From a virus (lineage: Duplodnaviria > Caudoviricetes), in IMG/VR virus record IMGVR_UViG_3300044611_001018: 64,000 bases of DNA. One strand, written 5' to 3'. The notes below the pieces were generated by a model. The model searched no databases. It saw nothing but the letters and a program-made list of their open reading frames with translations, and was not told the origin of the DNA. The translations under genes were made by a program, and so were the position numbers. Shown piece after piece: positions 57,586 to 64,000 of this stretch. Positions within the stretch are counted from its first letter, which is position 1, and the number at the start of each line of letters is the position of its first letter.

Positions 57586-58239
57586 TCAAAGGGAATTCAA
57601 AAAGTCATTGAATAAGTTTAACTTATGTTCTTCTAATTCTCTTCTTCTAGAAAGATTTTCAATTCTTTGTCTGGTTTGGTTTGCAATCTTTTCACGAAGA
57701 ATTCCACCATCCCAAATCCACTCCTTACCTTCCATAATTCCCTGAACAAAAGCATCAGGGGCAGAAGGATCGGCAACAATATCTGCTGCAGTTGCAAGCA
57801 TGAAGTCTTCACCAACTTCTTTATAACCACCTTTAATATTTTCTCTTAAAGAACCAATACCACGAGAAGAAACACCGAGAGTTACTCCGTCTTTAAGAAG
57901 TGCTTCAGCAATCTTACCCATTGGGGTATGTAGGATTTGTGCTTTACCAATAAAATTATTACCGTCTTGCTTAAGTTCAGTAATCTTATGAGAAACTCTA
58001 TCGAGATTTACGGTGGGACCATCTGGGTGTCCTAGCTCCCCAAGTGCTCTACCTTTATTAACATAATCATTAGTATATCTCTTTACTTCTCTTTCCATGA
58101 TAGAGAAAGGATACATTCTACCATTGCGATTTACCATTTCGCTTTGGAGGAATACTCCTGAAATATACATTTGTTTTTTACCACCAACACTCTCGGTGAT
58201 AACTTCAACCTTTTCGATTTCTTCTCTGATAAGTTTCAT
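57586..58239 (-). CDS. gp21: Prohead protease
   Basis: NRNGRMYP, ALGELGHP, GVSSRG.GS, DIVADPSAPDA. Confidence 0.96.
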   Translation of the reverse strand: MKLIREEIEKVEVITESVGGKKQMYISGVFLQSEMVNRNGRMYPFSIMEREVKRYTNDYVNKGRALGELGHPDGPTVNLDRVSHKITELKQDGNNFIGKAQILHTPMGKIAEALLKDGVTLGVSSRGIGSLRENIKGGYKEVGEDFMLATAADIVADPSAPDAFVQGIMEGKEWIWDGGILREKIANQTRQRIENLSRRRELEEHKLNLFNDFLNSL

Positions 58240-58243
58240 TGGT

Positions 58244-58513
58244 TTAATTTGTAAATCCTACTTTTGTTACTTTTATTGATGATGCTGAAGCCCAAATAAT
58301 ATCAGTAGGTAATTTTTGTACAAATTCAACAGCACCAGTGGGCAAGGTAAATGAATAAGATGCACTTGCCCCAACAGATTCTGAAATTACAATTGTAGTT
58401 GCTGCACCAGCTCCATTGTATAATCGTACACATGTTGCAGAAAGTATACTTGTTCCAGCACCAGAAGAAGTTGCTAAATCAGTTTCTATAGAAAGTGGTT
58501 TTGTTACTTGCAT
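58244..58513 (-). CDS. Hypothetical beta-rich protein
   Basis: ATAAATA at 58540-58546; lies in the head module. Confidence 0.6.
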   Translation of the reverse strand: MQVTKPLSIETDLATSSGAGTSILSATCVRLYNGAGAATTIVISESVGASASYSFTLPTGAVEFVQKLPTDIIWASASSIKVTKVGFTN

Positions 58514-58555
58514 TATTATATAATAAAGACCTTGTTAGTTATTTATTGTTCTTTA

Positions 58556-58717
58556 TTATTCTGCATCTAGTGCAATGGAATCAAACATTGAATTTGAAAC
58601 GGATGGTCTCAACACTTCGATTTTTTCTGCTGAGCGAGTGTAGAGCAAATCTTTAATCTTATCAGAAATTGTAGATGGTGCTTCATCACCAACAATCATA
58701 TCTAGAAGTTCTTCCAT
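58556..58717 (-). CDS. Small acidic prohead-core-like protein (53 aa)
   Basis: Manual translation MEELLDMIVGDEAPSTISDKIKDLLYTRSAEKIEVLRP...; occupies the T4 gp67/gp68 position. Confidence 0.6.
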   Translation of the reverse strand: MEELLDMIVGDEAPSTISDKIKDLLYTRSAEKIEVLRPSVSNSMFDSIALDAE

Positions 58718-58741
58718 TGATATTCTCATGAATTACTCTAG

Positions 58742-58756
58742 TATTTAGAATAAATA
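58742..58756. promoter_or_regulatory. Back-to-back divergent late promoters
   Basis: CTAAATA on minus (58742-58748) and ATAAATA on plus (58750-58756). Confidence 0.6.
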
Positions 58757-58781
58757 GATGACGGGTAAAATATATTTGATT

Positions 58782-59678
58782 ATGAGTTGTGATAAATTAA
58801 AAAATTTCCCTCATGTATTTTATTTTACTTTAGACAATGAAGTAAAACGACAAAAATATATGGAGGAACAATTTAAATTATATGGCATTACATTTACAAA
58901 AATCTCAATGCCATTGGGGTTTCCAGAATACTTAAAGGAAAAAATATTAGATGTTCATTCAGAATTAGCATCTAAACGATGTTTAGCATACAATTATTTT
59001 TTAATTGATACTTTAAGAAATTGGTATTTTGAAACAAATGAATCTTATGTAATATTAATGGAAGATGATTATGATTTGAGTTTTATCAATCATTGGCATT
59101 TTAGTTGGGATGATCTATTAACATATCTTCCTTATGATTGGGATTCTATACAATTGGGACATGAGTGCCCAGACATAGTTAGATTTTATTTGCATCCAGT
59201 TCAAAGTAATTATTCTCTTGGTCCAGTATTATTAAAACGAGAACATGTTGAAAAACTTTTGAATCTTTTTTATATCAATGGTAGATATAAATTTAATGGA
59301 GTTGTTGCCAACTCAATTTATATCAATAGAGAATCTGGAATAGGCGATAATTATTTCTTTAACGATCTTGCAGGGACTCCAGATTATTTTTTATGTCAAA
59401 CTGGGAATACGTATACTGTACCATTAATTCCATGTAATCCTTTTTTTAAAGGATCAACTCATGTTACTGAATGGTATCCAATGAAATCTTTTATTTGTTG
59501 TTATGAAGCATATAAAGAATGGTGGGAAAACGACAAAGATAATTTTAGTTTAAATGATTTTTTTAGTTTTGGTAAATCCAATGACAACTTAATGGAGAGA
59601 GATATTAGGCGATGGGACGATAAATATTTCCATCAAAGAGCAATCGAACAACATAATAAGGTTATCTCTACGTTATGA
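58782..59678 (+). CDS. GT25-like glycosyltransferase, paralogue 6
   Basis: FYFTLDNEVKRQKYM, ILMEDD, LPYDWDSIQLG; start re-assigned to MSCDKL by alignment with paralogues. Confidence 0.75.
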   Translation: MSCDKLKNFPHVFYFTLDNEVKRQKYMEEQFKLYGITFTKISMPLGFPEYLKEKILDVHSELASKRCLAYNYFLIDTLRNWYFETNESYVILMEDDYDLSFINHWHFSWDDLLTYLPYDWDSIQLGHECPDIVRFYLHPVQSNYSLGPVLLKREHVEKLLNLFYINGRYKFNGVVANSIYINRESGIGDNYFFNDLAGTPDYFLCQTGNTYTVPLIPCNPFFKGSTHVTEWYPMKSFICCYEAYKEWWENDKDNFSLNDFFSFGKSNDNLMERDIRRWDDKYFHQRAIEQHNKVISTL

Positions 59679-61480
59679 AAAATATATATTTTATCCAACC
59701 ACAATATAGTGTTAATGTAAGAGACACTAAGAATTATTGGATGCCTTATAGTGTTTCTTGCTTATGGAGTTATTGTAAACAATTTAAAGATATAGCAGAG
59801 TCATTTGAGTTAAAAGATATTATCTTTAAAAGAGAAAATCCAGAAGAACTGCTAAAAAGATTAGATAATCCTACAATTTGTGCTTTTAGTTGTTACCTAT
59901 GGAATGAACAATATAATCTACACCTTGCTAAACTAATAAAACAAAAATATCCAAACTGCATTATTGAATTTGGTGGTCCCCAAGTAACCGCAAAAATGAT
60001 GGAAGAAAATCCATTCATTGATTGTGTTATTCTTGGTGAAGGTGAAGAGGCATTTTTAGAATTATTGAGATGCATTAATACTGGAAATCCAATCAATAAA
60101 GTTCATGAAAGAACGAGGATAAATTCTTTAGACTTTAAAAGTCCCTATCAATCTGGAGTCTTTGATTGGTTATATGATAAAAATCCAGATGTTATTTGGG
60201 CAGCAATTTTAGAAACAAATAGAGGTTGTCCTCACAGATGTACTTTTTGTGATTGGGGTGGAACAACTATGAGTAAAATTAATACATTTGGACTAGAGAG
60301 AGTCGCTGAAGATATTGAATGGATACGAACACATAGAGTTGCTTATGTCTTATGCGCTGATGCAAACTTTGGAATATTTAAAGAACGTGATATTGAAATA
60401 GCAAAAATGTTGCGTAAAGCAGCTGAAAATAGTTTAATTCTAGACAATATAGATTTGCAGTATTCAAAAAATTCAAACGAATCTGCTTTTGAAATAGCAA
60501 AAATTATGGGAGAATACTCTAGAAGAGGAGTTACTTTGAGTGTTCAAAGTATGAATATGCCGACATTAAAAGCTATCAAGAGAAAGAATTTACACGTTAA
60601 AGATATTGCTGGACATGTAGAATTAGCAAAAAAACATAATGTAAAATTATACACAGATTTAATTTTGGGGATGCCCGAAGAAACAGTAGATTCTTGGAAG
60701 GATGGAATTGATTTGTTGATGGAAAACGGGCAACATTTTTCTGTAGACTCCTGGTTCTGCCAAGTATTTGAAAATGCTGAATTGGGTAGTGAATTTAGTA
60801 GAAAAACTTATGGTATAAAAACAATTAAAGCAGAAGATTATATATCATTCTGTAATGATGAGTTTGATGCTACAAAAGAATATGTCGAATTAATTTGTGA
60901 GACTGATACAATGTCTAAACAAGACTTTTTTGATGCTCATATGTTTTCTTGGATAACAATTAAATTTCACTATGTTGGATACACACAAATTTTATCCAAG
61001 TATTGTCGCCATGTATTAGGAATAAGTTATAGAAAATTTTATGAATCATTGTATGAATATACAATGAATGATTCTGGATTCTTAGGAACTGAGTTTAGGG
61101 AATATTTAAAGGCAATAAAGGAATACTTTAATACTGGAAAAGTTCCTTCTAACCACTCAAGTGGACATGGATTGGGAGTTGGTATGCCAAATGATACTTT
61201 ATCTAGATTTGAAAATAAAGATAAGATACTAGATTTTGTTGAAAATTTTGCAAGGACAACTTTTAATATAGAAGAAAGTATCTTTGATATCCAGAGAAAG
61301 TTTGTTTATGACCCAGATGTAAATTATCCATATGTTGATAGTTTACCGTTTGACTTAGATACATGGGAAAAAAGAGATACAAAATATTCCATAGAAAATG
61401 AAAGAACCGAAGATGAAAGATATAATTTGTTCGTTATCAAAAGAAAGTATCTTACAAAAAATACAATGGTAAAACTATGA
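59675..61480 (+). CDS. Cobalamin-dependent (class B) radical SAM protein A
   Basis: B12-binding N-terminal domain (AFSCYLWN..GGPQVT..GEGEE); RGCPHRCTFC; DANFG; ILGMPEET. Confidence 0.88.
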   Translation: MKNIYFIQPQYSVNVRDTKNYWMPYSVSCLWSYCKQFKDIAESFELKDIIFKRENPEELLKRLDNPTICAFSCYLWNEQYNLHLAKLIKQKYPNCIIEFGGPQVTAKMMEENPFIDCVILGEGEEAFLELLRCINTGNPINKVHERTRINSLDFKSPYQSGVFDWLYDKNPDVIWAAILETNRGCPHRCTFCDWGGTTMSKINTFGLERVAEDIEWIRTHRVAYVLCADANFGIFKERDIEIAKMLRKAAENSLILDNIDLQYSKNSNESAFEIAKIMGEYSRRGVTLSVQSMNMPTLKAIKRKNLHVKDIAGHVELAKKHNVKLYTDLILGMPEETVDSWKDGIDLLMENGQHFSVDSWFCQVFENAELGSEFSRKTYGIKTIKAEDYISFCNDEFDATKEYVELICETDTMSKQDFFDAHMFSWITIKFHYVGYTQILSKYCRHVLGISYRKFYESLYEYTMNDSGFLGTEFREYLKAIKEYFNTGKVPSNHSSGHGLGVGMPNDTLSRFENKDKILDFVENFARTTFNIEESIFDIQRKFVYDPDVNYPYVDSLPFDLDTWEKRDTKYSIENERTEDERYNLFVIKRKYLTKNTMVKL

Positions 61481-63249
61481 AAAATCTTTACATGCTCCAA
61501 CCACAATATGCGGTTGAAATTAGGAAAGAAGATACTTATTGGTTGCCATATAGTGTCGGATGTTTATGGGCATATTGCTCACAGTTTGAAGATATAGTAA
61601 AAAACTACACATTAAAAGATCTCATATTCAGAAGAGAAGACCCAGAAGAATTAATTGATAGGTTAGATAACCCTGCAATATGTGCTTTTAGTTGTTATGT
61701 TTGGAATGAACAATACAATCTTCATGTAGCAAAATTAATCAAAGAAAGATTTCCAGAATGTATTATTGAATTTGGCGGACCACAAGCAACACATAGATTA
61801 AATGAATATGATTTTATCGACTGTATTATTGTATCAGAGGGTGAGGAAGCATTTTTAGATTTTTTAAGGAAAGTAAATAACAAAGAAAAAATTGACAAAA
61901 TCTATGCAAAAAAAAGAATTGAGGATTTAAACTTTCCAAGTCCATATCAAATTGGGGTATTCGATAAAATTATTGAAGACAACCCAGGTGTTTTATGGGC
62001 AATGACTATGGAAACTAACAGGGGTTGCCCTCATAGATGCACTTATTGTGACTGGGGTGGATTAACTTATACAAAAGTAAGGCACTTTGATATTCAAAGA
62101 GTTAAAGATGATATTGATTGGGCCAGGAAAAACAATGTTGGATTCATTTTTAATGCTGATGCAAATTTTGGTATGTTTAAAGAACGAGATTTAGAAATTG
62201 CAAAGTTATTCAGAGAAGCAGCAGATGAAGGCAATCTTGAAGCAATAAACATACAATACTCTAAAAATTCTACTGAAGTAATTTTTGAGATAGCAAAAAT
62301 ACTTGGAGATATTAGTAGAGGTGTAACTTTAAGTGTACAAACCATGAATGAACCAACACTTAAAGCAATCAAAAGAAAAAATATGAGTATTAATAAAATA
62401 TCAGAACAAATTGAAAAAAGTAAAGAATATGGTGTAAAAACATATACCGAATTGATTCTTGGTCTACCCGAAGAAACTTTAGATACTTGGAAAGATGGGT
62501 TTTCTAAAATTCTTGAATGTGGTCAGCACGAATCTATTGATGTTTGGTTTTGTCAAATGTTTGGTGATACTGAATTAAATAGTACTACTTCAAGGGAAGT
62601 TTATGGAATAAAAACAATTAAAGCGGAAGATTATGTATCTTTTGGAAATGATAGAGATTATGATGGTGTTACTGAAACAATCGAATTAATCTCAGAAACT
62701 AATACAATGACAAATAATCAATTAATTGAAGCGTATATGTATGGATGGTTAATTGTTCAATTTCATATTGCTGGATATACTCAGATAGTTGCTAAACACT
62801 ATTATGAAAATTTAAATATATCCTATCGGGTATTTTATGATACTTTATTTGAATTTATTAAGTTGGATAATGGATTAATAGGTGAACATTATCGTGAGAT
62901 TGAATCTGCGGTAAATCATTATATGAAAACTGGAAAAATATTGAAAAAAGGAAAGCATGGGCATACCTTACATGCGGGAAGTTTTGCTTTTATGTTTACG
63001 CATAAGGATGAAATTTTTAAACTCGTAGAGAATGCAACACAAAAAATAACACCAATCAAAACAGATATTATATCTTTACAACGTGCGTTTATTTTTGACG
63101 AGGAGACTCAATATCCTTTTTATCTCACATGTGAAGATAAAAAGTACAAAATAGATACTGAATTCAAATCATTTGATAAGAATGATCCTCATACTGTGTT
63201 TATTTTGCGGCGCAAAGGTCTATTGAAGAATCAATTATGTAAGGTTTGA
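61477..63249 (+). CDS. Cobalamin-dependent (class B) radical SAM protein B
   Basis: Tandem paralogue; RGCPHRCTYC; DANFG; ILGLPEET. Confidence 0.88.
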   Translation: MKNLYMLQPQYAVEIRKEDTYWLPYSVGCLWAYCSQFEDIVKNYTLKDLIFRREDPEELIDRLDNPAICAFSCYVWNEQYNLHVAKLIKERFPECIIEFGGPQATHRLNEYDFIDCIIVSEGEEAFLDFLRKVNNKEKIDKIYAKKRIEDLNFPSPYQIGVFDKIIEDNPGVLWAMTMETNRGCPHRCTYCDWGGLTYTKVRHFDIQRVKDDIDWARKNNVGFIFNADANFGMFKERDLEIAKLFREAADEGNLEAINIQYSKNSTEVIFEIAKILGDISRGVTLSVQTMNEPTLKAIKRKNMSINKISEQIEKSKEYGVKTYTELILGLPEETLDTWKDGFSKILECGQHESIDVWFCQMFGDTELNSTTSREVYGIKTIKAEDYVSFGNDRDYDGVTETIELISETNTMTNNQLIEAYMYGWLIVQFHIAGYTQIVAKHYYENLNISYRVFYDTLFEFIKLDNGLIGEHYREIESAVNHYMKTGKILKKGKHGHTLHAGSFAFMFTHKDEIFKLVENATQKITPIKTDIISLQRAFIFDEETQYPFYLTCEDKKYKIDTEFKSFDKNDPHTVFILRRKGLLKNQLCKV

Positions 63250-63862
63250 ATGCTTGCAATGCCTCATCCCACAAAATACGATGTTCATAATCTTTATCCT
63301 TGTCAATTAAAGCAATAGTTACTGTAAATCTTTTATCATCTGTTGGATTATGTGAACTATGTAATGGACCAACATTCACTAATCCGCATGTGCCTATCTC
63401 TACCTCATATTCTTTTTTACAGTATTCTTCTCTACTGACTAAAACTTGTCCATGATAATGATCATCAGTTCTATCTCCAACACTATATTGATTACGTTCT
63501 GGTATAACTGTTGAATAAACTTGCTCAGCACTGGTACTTACTCTTAAAACCATATCCGATGTCCACCATCTCATGGTGCTTCCTTTTGCACCAAATTGAA
63601 ATATTAGTTTTGCCCAATCAGCATAATAAACATTATCAGAATGTATAACTCCATCATCATGTGGTGGAGTATAAAAAAATTCTATCCAGTGTGATGTAAA
63701 TCCCAAACTATTCAACCAGGGTAAAATTTTATCATTACCCAGGTCTTCAAATTGAAGTTGTTTATGAAACTCTGGCCATCTCATACCTTCAGTTTGATAC
63801 TTTGATGTATCAATATTAGGGATATAGTCCCTAATATCCAAAAATCTATGATAACGATTCAT
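63200..63862 (-). CDS. Cupin/2OG-oxygenase-like hypothetical protein
   Basis: FFYTPP..G.IHSD (HxD), LHSSHN, RFTVTI. Confidence 0.45.
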   Translation of the reverse strand: MNRYHRFLDIRDYIPNIDTSKYQTEGMRWPEFHKQLQFEDLGNDKILPWLNSLGFTSHWIEFFYTPPHDDGVIHSDNVYYADWAKLIFQFGAKGSTMRWWTSDMVLRVSTSAEQVYSTVIPERNQYSVGDRTDDHYHGQVLVSREEYCKKEYEVEIGTCGLVNVGPLHSSHNPTDDKRFTVTIALIDKDKDYEHRILWDEALQAFKPYIIDSSIDLCAAK

Positions 63863-63865
63863 AAT

Positions 63866-64000
63866 TTAAATTTGTGGCGGTTCTACAGATTTACTTTGAC
63901 TATCTAAGTTTGGTTCGTTAATCGGTGCTCCAAGATTCTGATCTGCGGCAACTGGTTGACCAGTTGCAGGATCAATAGGAGCATTTGGGTCTGGAATAAT
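63866..64000 (-). CDS. gp20: Portal vertex protein, C-terminal end (partial)
   Basis: IIPDPNAPIDPATGQP... Pro-rich tail; synteny upstream of gp21. Confidence 0.65.
   Translation of the reverse strand: MIPDPNAPIDPATGQPVAADQNLGAPINEPNLDSQSKSVEPPQI

Overview
This is a 64 kb slice of a lytic T4-like cyanomyovirus (Kyanoviridae-type) genome, almost entirely on the minus strand. The core gene order is gp20 (partial)-gp21-gp22-gp23-gp3-uvsY-uvsW-gp55-gp47-gp46, then vWA/peptidase-AAA(cobS-like)-gp45-gp44-dam-gp62-regA-hsp20-gp43-uvsX-gp41, then mazG-tRNA-Leu, gp61-nrdA-nrdB, and a lysis/structural block. Two enzyme cassettes interrupt the core. (1) About 9 kb between gp41 and mazG encodes a UDP-sugar dehydrogenase, an amidinotransferase, five tandem GT25-like glycosyltransferases, a shortened DegT-type aminotransferase, a sulfotransferase and 2OG-Fe(II) oxygenases. 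(2) About 5 kb between gp20 and gp21 carries a sixth GT25 and two B12-dependent radical SAM paralogues on the opposite strand, behind a late promoter. Together they look like a phage-encoded glycan-building and tailoring pathway, possibly making a guanidino-, sulfo- or methyl-sugar; this is inference. Other notable items: proteins with T4-style capsid-targeting N-termini, an autotransporter-like gene with an SD-sequestering leader, two lysins sharing one N-terminal module, and four Sm-like paralogues. All calls come from motifs and synteny read by eye; no database searches were run.
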